A stretch of DNA of 63,354 nt, the filler included, from Catajapyx aquilonaris (Eukaryota), in assembly GCA_000934665.2 (NCBI GenBank). It is 2 parts of 2 records of this genome, joined end to end, with 100 filler letters (N's around TTAATTAATTAA, not from the genome) between each part and the next. Parts side by side here need not be neighbours in the genome. Positions count along the whole stretch, not along the records: positions 31,775 to 63,354 come from JYFJ02004511.1; 1 more part is not named here. One strand, 5' to 3'. Numbering within the stretch: position 1 is the stretch's first letter; each line of letters starts with the position of its first letter. The position numbers were made by a program, and so were the translations under genes. This document shows, one piece after another, positions 35,898-46,900 of the stretch. The notes beneath the pieces were generated by a model. It made no database searches, was not told the origin of the DNA, and saw nothing but the letters and a program-made list of their open reading frames with translations.

Positions 35898-36181
35898 GAA
35901 ATAAGTAAACGAATAAATACGTAACTAAATAAACGAATAAATAAATAAACAATACATAATAACGTAATGAATAATGAATAAATCAACGAATAAATAAAAA
36001 ACACGAGAACGTAATGAATAATAAATGAATGAATGAATGAATGAATGAATAGCAAATAAATAAATGATGCATAATAGAGTAAATGACAAACAAACAGACA
36101 AGACAGATAAATAAATGAATGAATGAACAAATGAAGTAAATTACAGACAGACAGACAAATAGATAGATAGATAGATAAATA
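35898..36181. repeat. Compound A-rich tetranucleotide repeat (ATAA/ATGA/ACAG/ATAG)
   Basis: Direct reading; degenerate microsatellite tract. Confidence 0.9.
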
Positions 36182-37378
36182 CTAAGTGCACCACATCTTT
36201 GGGCACTTTTGCAAAAATTTTGCGAGGATTTGTTTTTGTTGCTATAGAAGACCAGATGAAATGGAGGCTGACTTCAAATGGCAAACAGGTGCTGAGAGAG
36301 TTGGGAGAAGCAAAGGGGGGGGGGGGGAGAAATGCCTTTAGGGATTTGCTCCTAAAAGTCGGTGTTCTTCGTTGTATAACAGCGGGCTCCATTCTTTCAA
36401 CGTCCCTAGGCCCTGGGCCCCTTTTTACTCGTTCCCGAACTTCCGTTTCTTTATTTAAGAGCGCGGGAGAGGGAGAGAGATAGAAAGTGGGCGAGTTTTT
36501 TTAGATAGAGGTTCCTGATTTCGTGGGTGGGGGTGGAAGTTGCCAAGCACCCCTGCCCAAAAATGTGACAGCGCGACTTTTGTCCGGAAAAGCGTCGTAC
36601 CAAAAAGGGGCTGGACCTCAGAAAAAAAAGGGGGCTTTAGGTTGTTTTTTGAAAAGGCTGGTGTTATATGGCTTTTCAAATATGAGCGAAAAATCGTTGG
36701 TGTGTATACTCACGAAAACGTAACGAGGTGATTGCACAAAGGCTGTAATATGGGCAGAAAAACAAACGTTGTAGGAATTAGCAAATTTGTTTTAAACAAA
36801 GGAAAATGGCTTGTTTTGATATTGAATTCGCTTTTAATTAGTCTTCTGGACATGTTCACACACCGTTCACAAATGAACATTTGAACCGAATTTTTTACGT
36901 ACCGGTACGTTAATATGCGCGTGAAAAAAATGTGTTTTCGCGAGAACAGTTGGCTTGCAGTATCACACTTGACAAATCGCTTTTTAACCGCGATCAAAAT
37001 CGCTCATCTTGACACCAACATGTTGCCGGAGCGCGAGGAACACCATAATTTTATTGCGGCAGGAAAAAGACAACGTTTCTTTTACGGCCTCCTGCCATAT
37101 ATCCTATTTCCTTCTACACTACCCGCGACATTTTGGCAACGGGCCCTGAAACAGGGGGTGACTTCAATTTTTTTACATTGCTTCTAAAATAATCCGATCG
37201 CCGCCGGTATGTAGCATGGTCGCTTACTTTATTGGATGGAAATGCAGAGGGCATGTCGGTTGGTTACGATGAAAGGTTGTTTTTTTTTTGGGGGGGGGGG
37301 GGNTTTCAGTCTGAGCCTGATTCAGTTCTTCGGCCGCCTTGGTGGCGAAATGTGCGAGTAGCGTGTGTGTGTGCGACC

Positions 37379-37449
37379 ATGTTTGTGGGTAGCGACTTGG
37401 GCACTCCGACTTGCGTGAGCTGTTGTAGGAGCTGGACTTCCGACTCTAG
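37379..37449 (+). CDS. Candidate first coding exon of the FRMPD4-like gene (MFVGSDLGTPTCVSCCRSWTSDS + AG)
   Basis: GCGACC-ATG context, 71 nt ending AG|GTAAAT (phase 2), compatible with the phase-2 acceptor at 61633. TCAGT initiator-like motifs lie about 55-75 nt upstream. The link is inferred only. Confidence 0.45.
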
Positions 37450-37847
37450 GTAAATACTTATTATTCAGGACGGAATAATTTAAGGGGGGGAGGGGGGGGG
37501 GTCGAAATTTCTATTGAATGTGTTGTCACGGTAGCTACTTGCTGGCACTAAAGTTTGTTTGCTGTTTTGCAAACTTTGGGGGCCGGTAATAATGGCGACA
37601 CTGGCGACCGGTGGGTTGCTAACAACACTGTTTTTTGGGGATAGGGCCAGTGGCCGCACTTGGCGTGGTCACATATACAAACAATGAAGGCTGCATAATG
37701 GGGGACTCTGGGGGTGATGTAAGAGCGAAAAGGTCTTTAACATCTATGGCATATATCTGCAACCATTGTGAATAGTTGTTCGCCGTAGAAACCTGCGAAA
37801 TTATTGTTTCTTTTTTCACTTTTCTTCATCAGTATTTGATCGTATTA

Positions 37848-38072
37848 ATCTTACATATGTAATGCAGAACGTTTGTTGGTATTTATGTATATCATGGCTA
37901 CCTAACCCACTTTTAGAGTACTGAGAGTGCGGAAACTTGGCTTCCGTGTCACTGATTTAGGGAACAGTCCGAAAACTGCAATTTCTTTAGTCTAAATGCC
38001 ACAAATTTAGGATTTTTTAATGCTGTTTGGTGTCTCATTTTCGGAAATTGTGGCTATATAATTCACTGCTAG
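37848..38072 (-). mobile_element. Dispersed repeat copy B (Helitron/DINE-like)
   Basis: Reverse complement reads CTAGCAG...GCATTTAGACTAAAGAAATTGCAGTTTTCGGAC...GCCAAGTTTCCGCACTCTCAGTACTCTAAAAGTGGGTTAGGTAGCCATGA...ATGTAAGAT. Confidence 0.65.
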
Positions 38073-38984
38073 AGGTTATTTGGGTTGCACTATTTATTTT
38101 ATCCTATAAATTACGTACAAGTCACTGGTCAGTAACGTTTCCCCTGTTCATGGGTATACAATGTACTTGATTGCGTAATATAGGTAATTATTAAATATTT
38201 TTACAAATTCTTTCCGATCTGATAAGCTGGGCGTTGACCGGTATCTGGATGAGGCCCAAATATTTTCCAGTGCTGTCATTAATCATGGGACAAACTGTTG
38301 AGGACATCTTTTCAAGGGCGTCAACCTTTTTTTTGTCACCAGCTATCAGTTAAGGGTAGGGGATGGGGAGTTATTTTCGAATCAAAATTAATAGCCGGGC
38401 GGTTAATTCGTGTACAATAGATTGCCAGTATTAATTACTGGGAGCCAGAATCGATTAAACAGGCGTTTTGAATGAGCCGCCCCAATTTTCAGGCATATAT
38501 TTTGCATGATTTCTAAATTCGCGTTGCATATTTATGAACAGGTTGACAAGCCATCAAATATTTGCGACATATGCTCATCAATCATCATTTAGCTCCGTTT
38601 TATCTGTCACGTTATGCTTCGGTCTCGCCTTTGAACCTGCCAGGTCGGTGACCACCACGTTTTTGTTGTTTTCTTGGAAGCCATCCCCCCCGAACCGAGA
38701 TACGATCGGATAAAAATGCCATAATTTTGCGTGATGAATAGGTTGCGAAAGGCTCATGCTACCGGGACTGTCGTGGTAATCATGTCCGCCCAAAAATAAT
38801 TTCATTCCTCGCTCCCATGCTATACTTTGATTGCTACCTATGCCGCAGCACGTGTTGTGCAAGAGTGTAGTAACCTGACTAGCGACATTACTCAGTAGGC
38901 GTTTGAATTGCAACCAAGTTTGAGCCCAGGTTGGAGAGGGAAATACGACGAGTTATTTTTGGATTAGCAATGGGTGTAGAGCAG

Positions 38985-38987
<3 letters not shown>

Positions 38988-39059
<72 letters not shown>
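38988..39059. repeat. (CT)n microsatellite
   Basis: Direct reading. Confidence 0.97.
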
Positions 39060-39062
<3 letters not shown>

Positions 39063-40828
39063 AAGAGCTTCCCTTTGATGGCAGAGTAAACCTTCCCATG
39101 GAGGTCTAATGACTTTTTAAGACGACTGGATAAACTTGGGGGGCGAAATTTTCGTCGCATCTTTCGTTTTTTTTGTGTGTGTGTGTAGATTGCCCTTGGG
39201 CGACATCTGGGGAGTCGAAAATTAAGCTGGGATCGCTGTCCGCAATATATGGGGTCGGTATTTGGGAATGGAAATGGCGTCGCAAATCTGGCTGTCAAAA
39301 CATCAAGCAACAAGTAGCAACAAGTAACACACCCTTAGGTTGTTTATAAAATGTCAAATAAAATTTCGAATATTTTTTTGGTTAAATCTAACAATGTGCA
39401 GACTCTCGCAATTTGATTACATTTTTTGGCGAATTAAATCCCTGTATAGGTTGCTAGAATCAGCGAGGGGGCAACCTGCGATCACGCCTGCTTGCATCTG
39501 GGACAGTGGTTATTTTTTGCTTGAGAGGGCTTACTAATGTTTCTCCTAGGGTACACATAGTGTTTGGATTGGGCAGCACTTGAGAGGAGTCCTTGCGATG
39601 CGGGCACACATCCAAATGAGTGCGCGCGAAAAGATTCAGAGAACCTTTTTTTTTTTTTTGCGACAGTGTCCCCCAGCAATCCAACCAGCTTTTTAGGGGG
39701 TTGACAACATGGGGATGACTCAACCCATCCGTTACGATATGACTAACCCGCCTCAGCAATTTTTTGAGCTTTTGCAAGGTCAAAAAACCTTACCACGCCG
39801 ACTTTTTCTATTAGCAGACACTCGTTAGCCAGTTGGGAAGGATCCAATAATTACAACACGAGTGTGCGATATTTCACGCCAAGCGAGAGATTTTTCGAAG
39901 CGAGCGAAAGTGGCATCATTTTCTACACCAGCGAGAGAGAGAGAGGGGAAAAAAAAGAGAGGCAAATGTGCAGTTTTATTTAAAACCTTGGAGAGGACCC
40001 TGATTCATTGCAGATGAGAGTGTCAATATTTGGCAGGGCTCGGAAAACGCATCTCCGTCTCCTCCGAGCTAATTGATGGTATTTGTTTCCCTCGGAATTC
40101 ATCTCCTGGTGGTACCGACGAAGAGAGAGGTTTTTGGTGGGGAGGAAAGGCCCAAAAAAGGATGATGGAGACTCTGGTTGCTTTCCCAGAAGGGGTGTAA
40201 AGTGGAGGCAAATTATGTTCAAGTAGGAACAAATGGGAGCCGCAGCTTGTCTCATTTGCAAGCTGCCGAGGGCTGCTTTTTTATTTTTTTGGAAAAAAAA
40301 AATAGCGTGAAAGAACATTTGCTGGGAAGATTAGGTGAGCTATAAATATTGGGGAGTGGCATATAGACCAAATGGCGATTCGACGAAATGGTCAGCTTGA
40401 TATGGGTAGGGTTCGAACCCGAGGCACCCCCAGACAAGTGCAGACGTAATAAAGATTGGGGAGGGCGAGGAACTTAATGTTTCATAAAGCATCGCCGACG
40501 GCGAAATTTTGGGACCCTTGTGCAGTGTAATTTATACAGGGTGTATATCAATTACGAGGACGTTTATGGAAGAGGAGCCTGGAGTGTATTTCTCCCGCAG
40601 AATTTGGAGGTCCTCGGTGGTTGGGGGACCCAAGTTGGACCATTCATACTAATGAAGCGGTTGGCTACAATGGAGGGTTGCCAACGACGGTGACAACGGG
40701 GGGATTGTTGCCCTGTCACTCGTGACGGATGACTTAGATTCTGATCAGTCTAGTGTGCGGGTATGCTCAAGATTTTAGACCCGATAATATGAGCCAACCC
40801 TATATAGGATAAGCCTGCACATGCGCCA

Positions 40829-40846
40829 TATCGATATGTATCGATA
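40829..40846. promoter_or_regulatory. Two tandem TATCGATA (DRE consensus) octamers
   Basis: TATCGATA at 40829-40836 and 40839-40846, 10 bp apart. The motif match is direct; function is unproven. Confidence 0.3.
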
Positions 40847-40850
40847 TATC

Positions 40851-40936
40851 ACTTGAGATTTTCCAGGATCGTGACTCCTGTGAGATTGATAGACCTATCA
40901 ATCTCACAGGAGTCACGATCATGGAAAATCGCAAGT
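40851..40936. repeat. Near-perfect 86-bp palindrome/hairpin
   Basis: 42-bp arms with 2 mismatches and a 2-nt spacer: ACTTGAGATTTTCCAGGATCGTGACTCCTGTGAGATTGATAG-AC-CTATCAATCTCACAGGAGTCACGATCATGGAAAATCGCAAGT. Confidence 0.95.
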
Positions 40937-43310
40937 TTGGGTGTGTCTGTTGTGTACAACAAGAACTTGTTTTTTTTCTATTTCCTAGGAGCAGCTCGAT
41001 ACAGAAAAGCACTTCCTAATGATAAGAGCCTTGCGTGATAGTCCGGGTTTTACCCCCAGAGACACCTGCCGCCACTAAGGTTTTCATAGAAAATGCTGAG
41101 CCTATATCATATAAGCAGGCAAAAGTTGAACCAAATCATTTTTTCTGTAGGTTTACAAGTGGGTGTAAAGGAGCTTCTTAGATTTTTTTCGCACTTGACA
41201 CATTTATGATTGGTTAGGGGCAGTCGGTTACTTTTGTGTGACACGCACATAAGGACAAGGAATGATTGGAGCTGTCGCCTTGGTTTCATTGTACGTTGAC
41301 TTTCATCTTGAAGCCTGACATTAACCGGGTCTGCTGCGGTACGTTGCCAATTTGTCACGGCTGAAAGGTCACGATGTGGCACTGGGAAATGCTTTTAGGC
41401 CATATGCAGCTCCCCCTCAAAAAACGTGCGGCCCAATTGCGAATTTAACAACTTTTGGAACTTTCGAAATTGATCGTACCGTGCTTTGATCGATACTTAG
41501 GCATCGCCTCTCCTGCAAACATCTCATTTAATTTGTGGCCCGGGTTAATTGGGGGGACTCAGAGGAGCGGTATGAAGTGACCGCAAAGGACCTTGTACAG
41601 TATACACTACATTGCCCGCCACTCCAACTAGGCTTGATCGGACGCGGGTCATTTTTTTTTTTTTNGGGGGGGGGGGGGGGGAGAGACCCGGTAAGCCAAG
41701 CAGCCAGAAGCCGGAGAAAATTGCTTGCTTTCTACACCCACAGCCTCCATCCATCACTCCAAGGGACGTTGGCAAGTACGCCACAATTACGCCTGTCGAT
41801 GGAATTCCCACCGCTAAGGAGTCCCTCACAAGCCTGGCTAACTGGTTGCCACTGCTATTCTATCCTTAGTTAATAACGTTCATATGAGCAAAGTGTGTTC
41901 AAGTCACACCCAATAAGAGTTCATCATCTATATTAAAACTACTCCGTCATGTCGTGCATCTGTAGGAGTTTGCAAGAAAGCAGCTTGCGCCATCTACTGA
42001 TTTTTCGCCATTTCTGATCGACGTTTGTCACAACAATATTGATAAGTTAAATCCATACACGTTCCCTCTGATTTTTTTTTCTTCTTCTTCAAAGCTTATC
42101 CGGGGACTTCTGACACTATATCAGGGGGTTCGCCAGATTTTCCCTTGGTCCCTCTGATCGCTCCGGAAGTTTAGTGACACTCGCGACTCCTCCAATAAGG
42201 GTGGGTATGACAGGAGAAACGCCATTGTAGAAGCTCCAGGTGCGTGTCAAAGTTACTTCCAGTTGGCAGGTCAAAACTCGGGAGGATCTCGTCGTCTTCA
42301 CTTCCACGATTTCGAGAAGGGGGTGCGGAGAATATTCTCAGCCTGTGTAAGCAAAGCTCTTCGGAAAAGCCCTCATCAAGTCCAGGTCTCATCACTTGTA
42401 ATTAATTCTTGGATCCAGCAGAATTTTTAAAGTACTGTGTACATATCACCGAATTAATTTTAATTAAGACTTGGGCCTGAATTTTTTGAAACACCATGTG
42501 GATCTTGAATGGATTTGTGTTTCCAGCGGTTTTACAGATTTGGACACGGGATGTAACATATAACTGGATTTAGGTCGGAATGGGGAGTAGGGCCAAAGGT
42601 GAAAAAGTGTCTGGCTTAAGGGAATCCTTTGCTGAGCTTCCTGCGTGTTTTTGGAGGCCTCAAGATGCTAGCAGCACCCTCTCTCTCCATTCCTCCTCTC
42701 CTATACCATCACCCCCTTCTCTTCAGGACTTCAACGCAGACTCGGCGCATATTGATTGCACAAGGAACGTTTTTCCCACATAAAATGTGGCCAATTCTCT
42801 TTGAGCCTTAATCCGTCCCAAATTGTTCAGCGGAGAGCGGCATATTGCTAATAACCAGGCGACGAGATGACAATGCAGCCTGGAAAAAATGGCATAACCG
42901 CGGGAGGTGGCATTGATGTCATTTTTTTTGCAAATTTTTTTTAGCACAAGGCTGCTCGTATAATAGAGCAATGAATTGGCCACATGGTCGTTTTGTCATC
43001 TGTCCGGGGCTTGTCACGGGCTTCTAGTCATCCGGTGGCTTTTCGGAGGGGGAAAAGATAGTGCCAACCCGGGAAACTGCTGTCATGTTTTATAATTCCC
43101 TTGCTGCGCCGTGTTTGTTTCTGTCCGCAAAAGCCTACCAAACTGGAGGCAAATGCTGCAAGTAATCCGGAGTATGGGAGTCGCTGGATTGCGGGGGTGA
43201 CACTTTCGGACACGGATTTGAAACAGTTGTCAGACAATGATTTTTAACGGGTAGGAATGAAATTAACTAGCAGCGGAACCTGTTCTTGGGAAGGCCTGTT
43301 TTCATGGTCA

Positions 43311-43612
43311 AGTCTCTTAAAAAATTCGAGTGAAAATTTCACTCAAAAATGCTCTTTTTGAGTGAATTTTCCTGGGCAAAGATTTACGATCATATCGAAT
43401 GGAATATTACTTGAAATAATAGTGAAAATAAGTGAGATACTACTCTGTCAATGAATGAAAAAATGATTACTCGTCATTCTGCACGAGTGAAAATCACTCG
43501 AGATCGAGTGATTTTCACTCAAAGCTAAGTGGGATTCAAATCAAGTGGAAGAAAGAGTTAAAAACTACTTAAAACGAGTACTCTACAAAAACACTCGCAT
43601 TTTTAAAGAGTG
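43311..43612. mobile_element. MITE with CACTCTTAAAAA-type termini and internal GAGTGA/TCACTC subrepeats
   Basis: Left AGTCTCTTAAAAAATTCGAGTG pairs imperfectly with right CACTCGCATTTTTAAAGAGTG. An internal perfect palindrome with 17-bp arms lies at 43485-43520. Confidence 0.7.
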
Positions 43613-43629
43613 ATATTAGGCAGACCGGA

Positions 43630-43797
43630 AGAAATTATAAATTTTGGGTATTTAGACTCAAAAAGTGCAGTTTTCCGTCTTTTCCCTCAATCAGCAGCAC
43701 TTAGCCCATCAGTATGCCAAGTTTCAGCACTCTCAGTAGTCCGAAAGTTGGTTAGGTAGCCAGGACATACACACTTTCTGCTGTATGATGTAAGATA
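43630..43797 (+). mobile_element. Dispersed repeat copy C (Helitron/DINE-like)
   Basis: GTATTTAGACTCAAAAAGTGCAGTTTTCC...GCCAAGTTTCAGCACTCTCAGTAGTCCGAAAGTTGGTTAGGTAGCCA...ATGTAAGAT, with the same 3' end as copy B. Confidence 0.65.
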
Positions 43798-43839
43798 TCC
43801 ATCATCATCATCCATCACTGCCTTTCCCAAAATTTCCCA

Positions 43840-43912
<73 letters not shown>

Positions 43913-43948
43913 GATGATGATGATGATTATAATGATGATGATGATGAT
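43840..43948. repeat. (ATT)n-(GAT)n compound microsatellite
   Basis: Direct reading. Confidence 0.97.
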
Positions 43949-46900
43949 AAAAATAAATTTGAAGCTACTTATTATTATATTGTATAGCCTATATATAGTA
44001 GCCTACTGTATACCATTACACTGCAGATGATATGATGAGGTTTGCCACTGTCGGGATTCGAACCCAACACAGAGTTGGTGTGAACAAATTAGTCGTAAAT
44101 TTGAGTGGGTCAATAACTAGCAGGCGCCCAATTAAGACGTCTCTAATTTTTTTGGGGCGCCAGAACCATTTGGCGGCGCGTAATTATTCCTTATAAGGTG
44201 GTTCCGTCAGATTTTGGCTTTATAGCCCATTCGGTTATCACAGCTGGAATGGATGGGGCAGATAATAAAATTAGGATTGATTATTCTCTTGTGTGTTTCA
44301 CTCTGCTCCGGAGTTTGGCGCCCCCCGGATTGGTTGGAGCCATCTTCGTGCAGGGCTCGAAACTTGATGCTGCGAACTAGTAGGATCCACCTCCGCTTGG
44401 CGTCACCCGCGTTGCCTTGTGGGACACATGGCGAAAATTTTCGGCACGCCAATTGTCGTCGCCAGATGGTCGCTCCACACATGTTTGGAGAAAAAATGTC
44501 TAAGGATAAGTCATGCATACGTCGCATTTGGTAGTAAAGTCACGTCCAGTTTTTGCGGCTCTCTGACAGGAGGTGTCCTTTACGGAGTGTTGACGACTTG
44601 TCATGCCAAAGTCTGATCACGGACCGGTGCTGTCACGCCAAATGCCCACAGGTCCAATCACGGAGCGAGTCGGCTCCATATCCGCGGCGACACTTGGATT
44701 CGCCAAACTTGCTAATGAGACTCGGCATATGCTGAAAAGTGTCTGGGAGAGTAAGATGCATGCGGCATTATTTTGAGGGTGTAATTCTCGAAGGAGGAAA
44801 GTGCTGAGGGGAGCATTTACCCCCTTTTCCTTCCTTCCTTGAAATTATTATTCATCGAGGCATGGTGAATACCAAGTGGTGCTGCTCTCCTTATCCTTTC
44901 CAAGCGACGAAAGCTAATCCGGATGCCTTATTTCCCTTTCATCCTTACAACGTCTATTCAGACGGGGCGCCCTCTATTCCTCAGCGTCGTAATTTCGGAT
45001 ATGGACGTTTTGTGCTTACTCTTTTTGTACACTGCATTTAAAAAATTGCGAAATTTTTGCAGAGGATTTCAATTCGGATTTTTTTTTTAATGTGGAAAGG
45101 GTGGATCCAGCAGGCTGTGATGCTGATGACATGATTACAGAGAGATCATCAATCACTTTGCGGGGTTTTGCTGCCATTCTATTGTTGCATAGGTACAGGG
45201 TAAAGCTGGGAGGATGATGCGAGTCCACATGACGCCAGGCTTGTAAATGGTTTGTGCTAATGAAGCAGGGAACGCCCTCGATGCCATTGTTGCTCGCGAA
45301 TTTTTATGCTAATCACTCGATTGGTTGGAATTGGTTTTTGGTATTAGGAGGAATGTTTTGTTTGCCTATAATGGGGGCCAAACGCTGCGCATGTGTTTGG
45401 CAGCACAAATTTTTTTGATAAATTTTTTTGAAAAAAAAATGGCGGCCTTTCTTTGCGGGCATGCAGCATTGATCTGAAGACCATTTCCGGTTGGATGGAA
45501 CTCTAGTTGGATCGACGGTGTGGGTCGCTGATGGAGTCTTTGTGTTGTGACGGGGACCGCATCTGTCACTGGCCCTGCCATTCCTATATACAGGAACATC
45601 TGACGTCAACAAGCAAGTGGATTATGGCCTGCTCTGTTGGACATAAATTACCCTCGCGGTTCATTAGGCAGGTTGGCCACAAAGATTTTTAGGCCAAGAG
45701 AGCCGCGATTTTCAGACCCATCGGTCAAAGGCATGACCCGAGCAAAAATGACAGCACACCAGCAGCACCGTCCCAAACATCCCCGAAAATGGCTATTTTT
45801 GTCGGGCAGGAGTGTCAGAGTTACTATTGCTATTCTGGGCTCTGGAACGGGTCGTTTTCAACACGCACCCAGAGGTCTAACTTGGGCGAAAACGGTTTCG
45901 GCATTTCCACTACTATAGATGTGCAAACTTCAAATGACATGAAACGAGCTGGAATACCCACTTTTTTTTTTCGGAGGTCTCCTGCACTAGGTCGATATGA
46001 TAGACCTAGGCCGTAGAGAATAATGAGATTTTTATGACGACACGAGCCCCCCCCCTTTTTCGGCCCAGTTTATCTTCCCGGCGCAATATTGGGGATGGTG
46101 CTTTTTTTTTAGTGGGGGCAAGGCCTCTCGTAATATGTTGCAAAGGGTTTTACAGGGCTAATCCTTTGAACAGCATTTAGGGGAGGGTGTGATCAACAGG
46201 CCAAATAGCCACTGAATAATTATGTGTTTTTTAAGGAGGGAATTCACATATTGGATGCTGCTTGATCGATATGGTCCATGAGTCAGAGGTTGGGGAACAT
46301 CTTTTCCCCCCTCTTCCTGTTTGATTACAGACGTGCTTCTTGGAGGAAGACGTGGCCGCAGGGTAGATGAGGATCATGTTGCTGGGGAGTGCTTTTCTTA
46401 ACAGTGGAAATACAATATGTTGGAAGTGTTTATGCGCAGGGGAGTATACGCTGTGCTGCAAGTAGGCACTGCGGATCTTACATGGTTGAAGTGTGCACTG
46501 AAGCACTTGGAATGAGTGGTTTTGCCAGTTAGTGCGTAAAAGGAAACATAACAAGCAATGGACAAGTTGAAGTGAAGTTTGCACTGACATATATTAATTT
46601 TGAAGTGCATATGCGTAATGGTGTTAATGGAGAGATTAATTTGCGTAAAAATTGAGTCAACGCGGTTAATTACTCTGCAAACAAGCTTATTGTTTAGTAA
46701 TTGTTTTGCCGAACTGTGCACGCCTCTAATTATGTGCTGGCAAAAAATGACGCTTCACTTTTTAAGGTTGTGAATAGTTTATGAAGTTTACATAACAGAA
46801 TTTGGCACGCACCAGCAATAAATTGTTGCAACGTTTTTTTAAAAAATGAAATCTTGGCCCTAGAAGCTTCTGGCCTTTTGTGTATCGGATTTTCGGCAAG

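Noticed and set aside
7477..41681. Long G runs next to isolated Ns (near 7491, 9401, 37303, 41666) as G-quadruplex elements
   Set aside because: Run lengths are unreliable at these assembly breakpoints, and there is no evidence of function.
40405..44070. Isolated B-box-like motifs (GGTTCGAACCC near 40410; reverse GGTTCGAATCC near 44055)
   Set aside because: No convincing A box or cloverleaf; at most decayed SINE fragments.
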